DNA of 64,000 nucleotides, from contig DDUL01000056.1 in the NCBI GenBank assembly GCA_002344785.1, forward strand, positions 31,752 through 95,751, read 5' to 3'. The position numbers were made by a program, and so were the translations under genes. Below the pieces are notes generated by a model. It was given only the letters and a program-made list of their open reading frames with translations, did not search any database and was not told the origin of the DNA. This stretch comes from Bdellovibrionaceae bacterium UBA2339. GTDB lineage: Bacteria; Bdellovibrionota; Bdellovibrionia; Bdellovibrionales; JAMPXM01. Positions 19,166 to 28,091 of this stretch are shown here, piece after piece. How positions within the stretch are numbered: position 1 is the stretch's first letter; each line of letters begins with the position of its first letter.

Positions 19166-19519
19166 ATGGCACGCGTAAAAGGTGGAGTTGTTTCTCGTCG
19201 TCGTCGTCGCAAGTTTCTTCAGCGCGCTGAAGGTTTCTATTCTTCCGGCAGCCGCTGCTACATTCACGTGCGCGAAAAGACGGATAAGGCCCTTCAGTAT
19301 GCTTATCGCGATCGCAAGGTGAAGAAGCGCGAGTTCCGTGCATTGTGGATTCAGCGAATCAATGCGGCGGCTCGATTGAACGGCACAACTTATTCGAAGC
19401 TGATGCATGCAATTTCCGAAAAAGGTTTGGAATTGGATCGCAAGGTTTTGGCGGACTTGGCTGTGAAGGATGCTGCGGGATTCGCGGCATTGGTGAGCCA
19501 AGTGGGCGCTCGAGCTTAA
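19166..19519 (+). CDS. rplT: 50S ribosomal protein L20
   Basis: MARVKGGVVSRRRRRKFLQRAEGFY...YRDRKVKKREFRALWIQRINAAAR. Confidence 0.95.
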   Translation: MARVKGGVVSRRRRRKFLQRAEGFYSSGSRCYIHVREKTDKALQYAYRDRKVKKREFRALWIQRINAAARLNGTTYSKLMHAISEKGLELDRKVLADLAVKDAAGFAALVSQVGARA

Positions 19520-19552
19520 GCTCGGAGTTTTTGAAAAGTTGAAGCTTTGCAG

Positions 19553-19587
19553 AGAGGCGAGTTGCGAAACTCGCCTCTTCTGTTTCT
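19553..19587 (+). terminator. Intrinsic terminator after rplT
   Basis: Perfect 11-bp stem AGAGGCGAGTT / AACTCGCCTCT with GCGA tetraloop, then TCTGTTTCT. Confidence 0.75.
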
Positions 19588-19667
19588 GAAGCTATGAGCG
19601 AGACTTGAGTAATTGTTCGAAAAAAACGAAAACTTGCCGCGAGTTAGGCGACTCGCCCAAGGTGAAA

Positions 19668-19676
19668 TGCTAGAAT
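19668..19676 (+). promoter_or_regulatory. Candidate extended -10 promoter element (TGCTAGAAT) for the mevalonate operon
   Basis: TGnTAGAAT lies 100 nt upstream of the fni ORF. The -35 region is only weak. Confidence 0.3.
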
Positions 19677-19696
19677 TTTAAGGCCACAATCATGAG

Positions 19697-19710
19697 CCTA
19701 GAATTCTAGG
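19697..19710. promoter_or_regulatory. Perfect 14-bp palindrome CCTAGAATTCTAGG (candidate operator or 5'-UTR hairpin)
   Basis: Seen directly. It shares the CTAGAATT core with the candidate -10 element about 28 nt upstream. Confidence 0.3.
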
Positions 19711-19775
19711 GCCGTTGCGGTGGCGGAGATCGCGCAAACTTTGAATGGATCATGGCCCGCTGACTTGAGGACTTT

Positions 19776-20975
19776 ATGTCGGACTTGGACATCGTCGACC
19801 AACAGGGGAATTCGCCCAAAGCTATGTCGGCGAACAGTCGTTCGTCCTCCGAACTTCCGTCTACGCCCATGGCCACGCCCGTGGTTCAAGGTTCAAGTGA
19901 CGATGGAGTTCGCGAGTCCGGCCAGCAGTTTGATTCACGAAAAGTTGATCATCTGCGTTTGTCACTACGCGAAGATGTGCAGGCCGGTTTGGGCGTGATG
20001 GATTCAATGCGGCTGCAACATGAAGCACTTCCTGATTTGAATTTTTCTGAGATTGATTTGTCCGTTGCCGGGCTGATGCCGATGGCGACGCCATTTTTGC
20101 TGAGTTCCATGACGGCGGGGCATGCGGGATCTCTGGATCTGAATGTGATGTTCGCTCGCGCCAGCGCTCGTCGTGGATGGCTGATGGGAGTTGGCTCGCA
20201 AAGAAGAGAGCTCTTTGATTCAGCGGCCTCGGAAGAATGGAAACGTGTGCGGCGATCGGCGCCGAACGTGGTGTTGTTGGGCAATATCGGCATCAGCCAG
20301 CTGATTCGGGTTGAAGTCGACGCCGTGGAGAGATTGGTCGACGCGCTTGAGGCGAAGGGATTGATGATTCACTTGAATGCGCTTCAAGAGGCCTTGCAGC
20401 CCGAGGGCACGCCGGAGTTTGCGGGCGGGCTTCGAGCCATCGAGAAATTGGCGGGAAGAATTTCCGTGCCGGTGATTGTGAAGGAAACAGGTTGTGGAGT
20501 TTCCGCACTCACCGCTGAGAAGTTGTGGAATGCGGGTGTGCGCGCCATTGACGTGGCGGGTATGGGTGGAACGCATTGGGGGCGCATCGAGGGGCACCGT
20601 AGTGCGGATTTGTCGTGGCAAAAGACGGCGGCTGAAACTTTCAAGAATTGGGGTTTACCCACATTGCAGTCGCTGATTGATGTGCGACGCACGATCGAGT
20701 CCAAACCAGGCTTGGAAGTTTGGGCTTCGGGTGGCCTGCGAAGCGGTTTAGACGCCGCCAAGGCGTTGGTGCTTGGGGCAGAGCGCGTGGGACTGGCGCA
20801 GCCGGTTCTCGCGGCGGCGATGCGTGGTGAGGAAGAGTTGGATGCGCAGATGCATCGAATGGAAATGGAGCTTCGCGTGGCGATGTTCTGCACCGGGGCT
20901 GCAAAAATTGCGAACTTGAAAAAGGTCGGTTGGGTGTTGGCGCATGCAAGCGCTGCAGAGGAGACGAGCCGATGA
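19776..20975 (+). CDS. fni: Isopentenyl-diphosphate delta-isomerase, type 2 (FMN-dependent)
   Basis: HLNALQEALQPEG, VIVKETGCG, DVAGMGGTHW motifs. The N-terminal roughly 50 aa is low complexity, so the start may be later (for example ATG 19868). Confidence 0.85.
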   Translation: MSDLDIVDQQGNSPKAMSANSRSSSELPSTPMATPVVQGSSDDGVRESGQQFDSRKVDHLRLSLREDVQAGLGVMDSMRLQHEALPDLNFSEIDLSVAGLMPMATPFLLSSMTAGHAGSLDLNVMFARASARRGWLMGVGSQRRELFDSAASEEWKRVRRSAPNVVLLGNIGISQLIRVEVDAVERLVDALEAKGLMIHLNALQEALQPEGTPEFAGGLRAIEKLAGRISVPVIVKETGCGVSALTAEKLWNAGVRAIDVAGMGGTHWGRIEGHRSADLSWQKTAAETFKNWGLPTLQSLIDVRRTIESKPGLEVWASGGLRSGLDAAKALVLGAERVGLAQPVLAAAMRGEEELDAQMHRMEMELRVAMFCTGAAKIANLKKVGWVLAHASAAEETSR

Positions 20976-22375
20976 GCACTCCGAATTCGACAAGCCATGA
21001 TTCAAAATCGGGACGACGTGCGGCCCTGCATGAGCGAATGCCGCAGATGTCCGATGCGAGATCGCCAGAAGGCGACTTGATGAAAGGCTTTTCCAAGCTC
21101 TCTCGTGACGAACGTTTCGCGCGATTGATCGAGATGGGAGCCCTGACGGAAGATGACGTGAAATATCTGAAGTCGGGCGGTTTACGGGACTTCACCTTGG
21201 CGGAGTCCTTTATTGAAAACGTCATCGGCTATTTTCAGTTGCCGTTGGGAGTGGCTACGAATTTTGTGATCGATGGTCGTGAGTTGGTGATTCCGATGGC
21301 CGTGGAAGAGACTTCCATCATTGCCGCGGCATCCAAGTCGGCGAAGTGGGTGCGCGAGCGCGGTGAAATTCGCACTTCGACATTAGGTGATCTGATTATT
21401 GGGCAGATTCAGGTCGCGCATGTGAGCTCCTATGAGAGTTTCGCGGAACGAGTGATGAGTCGGCGGGACGAGTTTGTTCAGCTTGCGAATCGCGATGTGG
21501 CGCACGGGCTGGTGGCTCGTGGAGGCGGGGTTCGAGAAATTTCCGTCCGACGATTGGCCCGACCCGATGGCGGCGACATGGCCGTCGTGCATGTTTTGGC
21601 CGACCCGTGCGACGCCATGGGTGCGAACATCATCAATCAAGTTTGTGAGTATTTGAAAGCGCCCATCGAGACGCTCACGGGTGAGCGGGTCACGATGTGC
21701 ATTTTGTCGAATCTGGTCGACACCAAGTTGACTCGAGCCGAAGTGTGCCTGCGAGGCCTAGAGCCAGACTTGGCTCGCCGAATCGAAGAGGCTTCGCTCT
21801 TTGCGTGGGTGGATCCGTATCGCGCGGCCACCAACAATAAAGGCGTAATGAATGGCATCGATCCCATTTTGATTGCGACGGGAAATGATTGGCGTGCTGT
21901 CGAAGCTGGTGTTCATGCTTACGCGGTTCGCGATGGGCAATACAGATCCATCACGCGATGGCAGGTAGAAGGCGACGAGTTGGTGGGTGTGTTTGAAGCG
22001 CCGATTGTGGTGGGCACGGTCGGTGGCGTGACGCGATTGCATCCGACGGCGCGCATGGCGCTGGAAATGTTGGGTGTCGAATCGGCGGCTGAGCTGTCGC
22101 GAATTTGCGCCGCGGTCGGATTGGTGCAGAACTTGGGAGCCCTCAAGGCACTGACGACTGTGGGGATTATCGAAGGGCACATGAAACTGCACATCCGCAA
22201 TCTGACGATCGGGGCGGGCGCGACGGAAGTTGAGACGCCCATCGTGCAAAAGCGATTGGAAGAAATTCTGCTGCTCACGAAGCGGATCTCGTTGCAGAAC
22301 GCGATTGAGGTGCTGCGTGAAATTCGCACGGCGGCGCGTGCTGGAGAAGCATCGCCGGGCGGCGCCTTGTCGTGA
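20972..22375 (+). CDS. mvaA: Hydroxymethylglutaryl-CoA reductase, class II
   Basis: ENVIGYFQLPLGVATNFVIDGRE, DAMGANIINQ, GTVGG motifs. ATGA overlap with the fni stop. Confidence 0.9.
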   Translation: MSTPNSTSHDSKSGRRAALHERMPQMSDARSPEGDLMKGFSKLSRDERFARLIEMGALTEDDVKYLKSGGLRDFTLAESFIENVIGYFQLPLGVATNFVIDGRELVIPMAVEETSIIAAASKSAKWVRERGEIRTSTLGDLIIGQIQVAHVSSYESFAERVMSRRDEFVQLANRDVAHGLVARGGGVREISVRRLARPDGGDMAVVHVLADPCDAMGANIINQVCEYLKAPIETLTGERVTMCILSNLVDTKLTRAEVCLRGLEPDLARRIEEASLFAWVDPYRAATNNKGVMNGIDPILIATGNDWRAVEAGVHAYAVRDGQYRSITRWQVEGDELVGVFEAPIVVGTVGGVTRLHPTARMALEMLGVESAAELSRICAAVGLVQNLGALKALTTVGIIEGHMKLHIRNLTIGAGATEVETPIVQKRLEEILLLTKRISLQNAIEVLREIRTAARAGEASPGGALS

Positions 22376-23301
22376 AGCGGGAACTTCAAGTTCCAGCCAA
22401 GACTTTTCTGATCGGCGAGTATCTCGCTTTGCGAGGCGGACCGGCCGTTGTGCTGGGGACTCGGCCAAATTTTATATTTCAATGGGAAGTCGGTGAGTCG
22501 CGACTCGGCGACTTTCACGCTGAGTCTCCGGCGGGAAAGTGGCTCGCGGGAAGTGGTTTGCGCGCGAAAGTCTCGGGCGGGCGATTGGGGTTTGGTTCTT
22601 CGACGGCTGAATTTTTGGGTGCATGGATTGCCAAGCGCGCCGAACGACTTTCGCTGAAAGGTTCACAGCGGTGGGTGCAGCCGATTGAAGGTGACTTTGA
22701 GGGGCGCTTGTCTGCGGCGTGGCCAGAGCGCCACGTTGATGTGCCGGCCAGTTGGCTCGAGCTGTTGTCGGATTATCGGAGTGTGGCGCCGCTGGCCTCG
22801 GGAGCGGACCTGCTGGCTCAGGCTGTCGGCGGGGTCGCAATTTGGGATGAGCGAAAGGCCGTGTTGCAGCGACTGCCGTGGCGGATGCGTGAGTTGAAGT
22901 TTTCGATTTTCGCGACGGGAGTGAAGCTGGCAACGCATTCGCATTTACAGAATTTGAATCTTGATGCCGTGGAGTCGCTGAGGCCTTGGGCGGAGGATGC
23001 GGTCGCAGGATTGGAAGCGGGAGACGCGGATCGTGTGGTGGCTTCGATTCGCGGATGTGCGCGGGAGCTCGAAGCATTGGGGCTCGTGACAGAAGTGACC
23101 GCGGAGCATTTGCGGGCGTTGGATGAAATCCCTGGCGTACGTGCGGCGAAAGGCTGTGGCGCGCTGGGTGCGGATGCCGTGCTTGTGCTTCATGATGCCG
23201 AGGTCGAAGATGAGCTGCGGCGAATTGCTTTGCAACGTGGTTTAGAGTTTTTCGCGGGCGAGGCGGATTTGTGGGAATCCAATCTGGAGTTTGAAACGTG
23301 A
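22372..23301 (+). CDS. GHMP kinase, probable phosphomevalonate kinase
   Basis: PAKTFLIGEYLALRGG N-terminal motif and GFGSSTAEF GHMP motif. GTG start overlaps the HMGR stop. Position within the mevalonate operon supports the call. Confidence 0.7.
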   Translation: MKRELQVPAKTFLIGEYLALRGGPAVVLGTRPNFIFQWEVGESRLGDFHAESPAGKWLAGSGLRAKVSGGRLGFGSSTAEFLGAWIAKRAERLSLKGSQRWVQPIEGDFEGRLSAAWPERHVDVPASWLELLSDYRSVAPLASGADLLAQAVGGVAIWDERKAVLQRLPWRMRELKFSIFATGVKLATHSHLQNLNLDAVESLRPWAEDAVAGLEAGDADRVVASIRGCARELEALGLVTEVTAEHLRALDEIPGVRAAKGCGALGADAVLVLHDAEVEDELRRIALQRGLEFFAGEADLWESNLEFET

Positions 23302-24290
23302 GTGAGTTGATCGCTGAAGCGAAGGCGCCATCGAACATCGCCTTGATCAAATATATGGGAAAGACGGAGTCGTCGGGGAATCGTCCTGCGAACGCATCTT
23401 TGTCGCTCACGCTTACTGCACTTGAAAGCTTTGTCGAAATTCGGCGAGCTGAAACTTGGGGCTGGCGGCCTCTTGATCGGGATGGCTTCTTTGCACCTGA
23501 GCTTTCTGAGGCGGGACGAAATCGCTTTGTCGCTCATGCTGAACGAGTGGCGAGAGCGCTCGGGAAAGAGGGCTTGCGTGGTGAAATTCGCTCGGCCAAC
23601 AATTTTCCGCCGGACTGCGGGCTGGCTTCGTCAGCTTCGAGTTTTGCGGCCCTGACCCTCGCTGTCGCCAAGGCTTGCGGCGTGGATGTGGATCCTGGAG
23701 CTGAGCGTGCGAAGCTTTCACGCTTGTCGCAACAAGGATCGGGCTCCTCTTGTCGATCTTTGTATTCGCCTTGGGCGATTTGGCGAGATGAAGGAGCTCA
23801 AGCCGTAGAGGGTCTGCCGTCTTTGGCGGAGCTGGAGCATGTGGTGTTTGTGGTGAGTGGCGATCGGAAGGCCGTTTCCAGCTCCGAGGCGCATCGGCGC
23901 GTGGTGAGCAGCGAGCTTTTCCACGGCCGTGTCGAACGCGCAGCTCGGCGCTTGGATGAATTGTTACAAGCGCTACGGAGTGCCAGCTCGGATGTTTCGG
24001 CTTGGAACCAAGCCGCAGAAATTGTTTGGGCGGAATCTTGGGACATGCATGCGCTGTTTGAAACTGCGCGACCATCGTTTGGTTACTTCGTGCCGGGAAG
24101 TATTTTGGTGTTGCGGGAATTGCGTCAGTGGGAGGCGTCGCGCCGACCCTTGGTCACAATGGATGCTGGACCCAACGTGCACGCGGTGTTTTGGCGTGAC
24201 GCGGATCTTGAGCTGCGACTTGAACGATTGATCCAGCGATTGGCGTCGATTGATCCAACGATCAAGATTATTCGAGGATTGAAGCGATGA
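23298..24290 (+). CDS. mvaD: Diphosphomevalonate decarboxylase
   Basis: APSNIALIKYMGK and GLASSASSFAAL/GSGSSCRS motifs. Start overlaps the upstream stop. Confidence 0.85.
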   Translation: MSELIAEAKAPSNIALIKYMGKTESSGNRPANASLSLTLTALESFVEIRRAETWGWRPLDRDGFFAPELSEAGRNRFVAHAERVARALGKEGLRGEIRSANNFPPDCGLASSASSFAALTLAVAKACGVDVDPGAERAKLSRLSQQGSGSSCRSLYSPWAIWRDEGAQAVEGLPSLAELEHVVFVVSGDRKAVSSSEAHRRVVSSELFHGRVERAARRLDELLQALRSASSDVSAWNQAAEIVWAESWDMHALFETARPSFGYFVPGSILVLRELRQWEASRRPLVTMDAGPNVHAVFWRDADLELRLERLIQRLASIDPTIKIIRGLKR

Positions 24291-25216
24291 GCTTTTCGAC
24301 CTCGGTACACGGCAAATGGATTCTGCTGGGTGAGCACACGGTTTTGCGTGGGGGCTCGGCCTTAGCTTTTCCCGTGTTCGGCAAGCATCTCAATCTCAGT
24401 GAAATTGAAGGCGATGGACATGTGGTGAGTGGTGCGCATGGCGAAGAATATCGCGTGCTGCTTCCGGGGGTTTGGTCGCGCGCACTGACGCTCTTGAATT
24501 TGACCTCACAGCGCGAGAGCGAGCTGCAAAGGGTGCGCTTTCATTTGGATGCGGATCTGCCGATTGGCGCAGGGCTTGGTGCATCCGCGGCTTTGGCGGT
24601 GGCCGTGGGTCGCTACTTCGTGGCGCGGGGCTTTTTGCGTGATCAAGAGTTGTTTGGATTTTGCCGTGAGATTGAAAATCTGTTTCATGGCGAGTCCAGT
24701 GGCGTTGATGTCGCCGTCGCGCTTCGAGGTGAAGGGCTGGAATTTCAGCGCGGCGTGGATTTGAATTCGGTGCCGAGCTTTGTCCCAGCTTGGGAACCGA
24801 ATTGGTACATCAGCTTTTCGGGCGCTCGGGGCATCACTTCGGATTGCGTGAACAAAGTGAAGGCGCTGATGTCGCGAGAGCCTGAGCTGGGTGCTCGCCT
24901 CGACGAGCAAATGAAGATCGCTGTGGACGAGGCGAGAGCGGCCTTGCTCAAGCCTGGAAGTCTCGGCGCATTGGCTGGAGCGATCGAGCGCGGGGCTCGG
25001 GTCTTTGAAGCCTGGGGGCTGAGTGGCGGTGAATTGGGTGAGCATCTGGCGAAGCTGCGTGAGGCTGGAGCCGTGGCGGTGAAGCCGACGGGTTCAGGCG
25101 GCGGCGGCTTTGCGCTTTCGCTCTGGGATGGGCCACCGCCTTCGTCATTGCTAGCGCCAGAAGGTGGCGCGGGTCTAATCCGCGTGTTTCGTCAGCGTGA
25201 GAAGCGCGAAGCGTAG
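24287..25216 (+). CDS. mvk: Mevalonate kinase
   Basis: GKWILLGEHTVLRGG, PIGAGLGASAALAVAV and KPTGSGGGG motifs. ATGA overlap with the mvaD stop. Confidence 0.8.
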   Translation: MSFSTSVHGKWILLGEHTVLRGGSALAFPVFGKHLNLSEIEGDGHVVSGAHGEEYRVLLPGVWSRALTLLNLTSQRESELQRVRFHLDADLPIGAGLGASAALAVAVGRYFVARGFLRDQELFGFCREIENLFHGESSGVDVAVALRGEGLEFQRGVDLNSVPSFVPAWEPNWYISFSGARGITSDCVNKVKALMSREPELGARLDEQMKIAVDEARAALLKPGSLGALAGAIERGARVFEAWGLSGGELGEHLAKLREAGAVAVKPTGSGGGGFALSLWDGPPPSSLLAPEGGAGLIRVFRQREKREA

Positions 25217-25980
25217 AGGGCGATGCCGCAACTGACGGCGGCGTTGAGCGACTCCAATCCATTGGACATCGGAATATGCAACCGCTGAGCGGGAAGCTTC
25301 GCGGGAATGCCTTGGCCTTCTTCGCCGATCAACAGGCGAAAATTTTGCGGCCACTTGAAGTCTTGCATCGAGACTCCATGCAGATCCAAGGCAATCAGGT
25401 CATTGATCATATCGGGTGGAAGACTGGCGAGCTCGTCGATGCTGGGGCCGCGCGAGAATTCGAAGTTCAAAACTTGTCCGGCGGCGGCTCGCACAGCGCG
25501 CGCGTGAAAGGGCGAAGCGGCCTCGGCCAAAAGCACGATGCGCTGGATCCCGAAGGCTGTTGCGGACCTGAGGCAAGCGCCGAGGTTTGTCGGGTTTTGT
25601 GTGGCCAGCCATAATTCTCTATTGGTGAGACCTTTCGGGTTGGACACAAGTGGCGACAGTTCAGGTGCGGCGAAGACGCCGATCATGTCGGGCACACCAA
25701 AGGGATCGAGTTCAGCGAAAAGTGCGGGGGTTAATTCCACACGCGTGATCTTTTGCTCAAAGCGCTTGGAGAAAAGGTCGCGACCGGCCATGTCCAGCTC
25801 AGCACCTTCGCGGAGAATGAGCGCGCGTAAGGCGTCGGGATGGCGCTTGGCCATTTCGCGGGTGAAACGCTGGCCGTGAACTAAAAATTCCTGTGCGGGA
25901 TGACGGAGCAGTTCCTTCCAGGAGCGCCACATCGGGTTTTCCGTGCTGCTGACTTTGATGAGCTTCGGATCAGACGCCAT
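25192..25980 (-). CDS. TrmH/SpoU-family RNA 2'-O-methyltransferase
   Basis: C-terminal IPMSNGLESLNAAVSCGIALY knot motif. ATG 25980 chosen within the longer ORF. 3' end converges and overlaps mvk by 25 nt. Confidence 0.75.
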   Translation of the reverse strand: MASDPKLIKVSSTENPMWRSWKELLRHPAQEFLVHGQRFTREMAKRHPDALRALILREGAELDMAGRDLFSKRFEQKITRVELTPALFAELDPFGVPDMIGVFAAPELSPLVSNPKGLTNRELWLATQNPTNLGACLRSATAFGIQRIVLLAEAASPFHARAVRAAAGQVLNFEFSRGPSIDELASLPPDMINDLIALDLHGVSMQDFKWPQNFRLLIGEEGQGIPAKLPAQRLHIPMSNGLESLNAAVSCGIALYASRFSR

Positions 25981-26842
25981 GTTGTTTCTCCCAAGCGAGA
26001 TCGCGCTCTTCGAAGTCTGGCAGTGGTGCGGCTTTGATTTTCTCAAACACGAGAAGGCGCCGCTGTTGTGTGGTGTTGGGCAATTCGTAGGCGAGATCGG
26101 CTTTGAGGCGATAGTACTCGCCCCATTGCTTCAGTGCCGGTTGAATTTCCGGCGTGCAGTTGGGGCCCTTCATCAGGACGACGTGGCCGCCGGTCTGAAG
26201 ACACTGAATGACGTTGCCGAGCGTGTTTGAGGCGTCTTCGACGGCGCGGGTGATGACGGTTTGCACAGGTAAAAACACTTCGTCATTGATGTTGCGACCG
26301 AGAATGTCGAGCTTTTCAAGTTTGAGATCCTCGCGCAATCGCTTGAGAAACTCGACGCGTTTTTGCACGCCCTCGGCGAGGATGATGCGCTCGTTGGGAA
26401 AGAGAATTTTGAGCGGCACGCCGGGAAAGCCCGGGCCGGTTCCGACATCCAGGAGTGGAAATTGAAGGTGAAATTGTTGAGATTGTTGAGATTGTTGAGA
26501 TTTGAACGGAAGTCCTGCGTCGCTGAGAATCTTGGGCACAATCATACAGTCGACGAAGTGCTTAAGCCCCACATCTCGAAGCGTGAGCAGGCGAGTGAAG
26601 TTGCGTTCATTTTGTTCGGCCATCAACATGAGGTGAAGCTTCGCAAGTTGGCCGCGTTGGGCGTGAGTGATATGTCCCATGCCGTGCCGGTCAAAGAGAT
26701 CGCGGAGCCGGTCGTTCACTTCTTCAAGGCTAAAGTTTTCGGTCGGTTTGCGGTGAACTCGACCTTGGGAAACTGGGGCTTGGTTCTGAGCGGCTTTGCG
26801 GGCCTTGTAGGGGCTCCAATTGCTTTTATTTTTGTGAGCCAT
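25970..26842 (-). CDS. rsmG: 16S rRNA (guanine527-N7)-methyltransferase RsmG/GidB
   Basis: LLDVGTGPGFPGVPLKILFP SAM motif and GGHVVLMKG. Contains a (SQQ)3 insertion. Confidence 0.85.
   Translation of the reverse strand: MAHKNKSNWSPYKARKAAQNQAPVSQGRVHRKPTENFSLEEVNDRLRDLFDRHGMGHITHAQRGQLAKLHLMLMAEQNERNFTRLLTLRDVGLKHFVDCMIVPKILSDAGLPFKSQQSQQSQQFHLQFPLLDVGTGPGFPGVPLKILFPNERIILAEGVQKRVEFLKRLREDLKLEKLDILGRNINDEVFLPVQTVITRAVEDASNTLGNVIQCLQTGGHVVLMKGPNCTPEIQPALKQWGEYYRLKADLAYELPNTTQQRRLLVFEKIKAAPLPDFEERDLAWEKQHGV
26473..26499. repeat. Perfect 9-bp tandem repeat ATTGTTGAG x3 inside rsmG
   Basis: Read directly. In frame, it encodes SQQSQQSQQ on the minus strand. Confidence 0.95.
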
Positions 26843-26956
26843 TTGCCCTCGCCTGACTGGACTGCGGTCGCCGCCTCTGGATGCACCGATTGACGCAGTG
26901 ATTTATAGTCGAGCTTGGATTTGAAGAGTAGCGCGAAATCATTGAGTATTTCTTCC

Positions 26957-27994
<1,038 letters not shown>

Positions 27995-28091
27995 TGTCGC
28001 TGGGTTCTTTGGCGGTGGGGCGGTGGAGCTTCGGATCGCCGACACAGCGTCGAGTTTTTTTGGGGATGCGTGAAGCGAAGGAATTAGGAAC

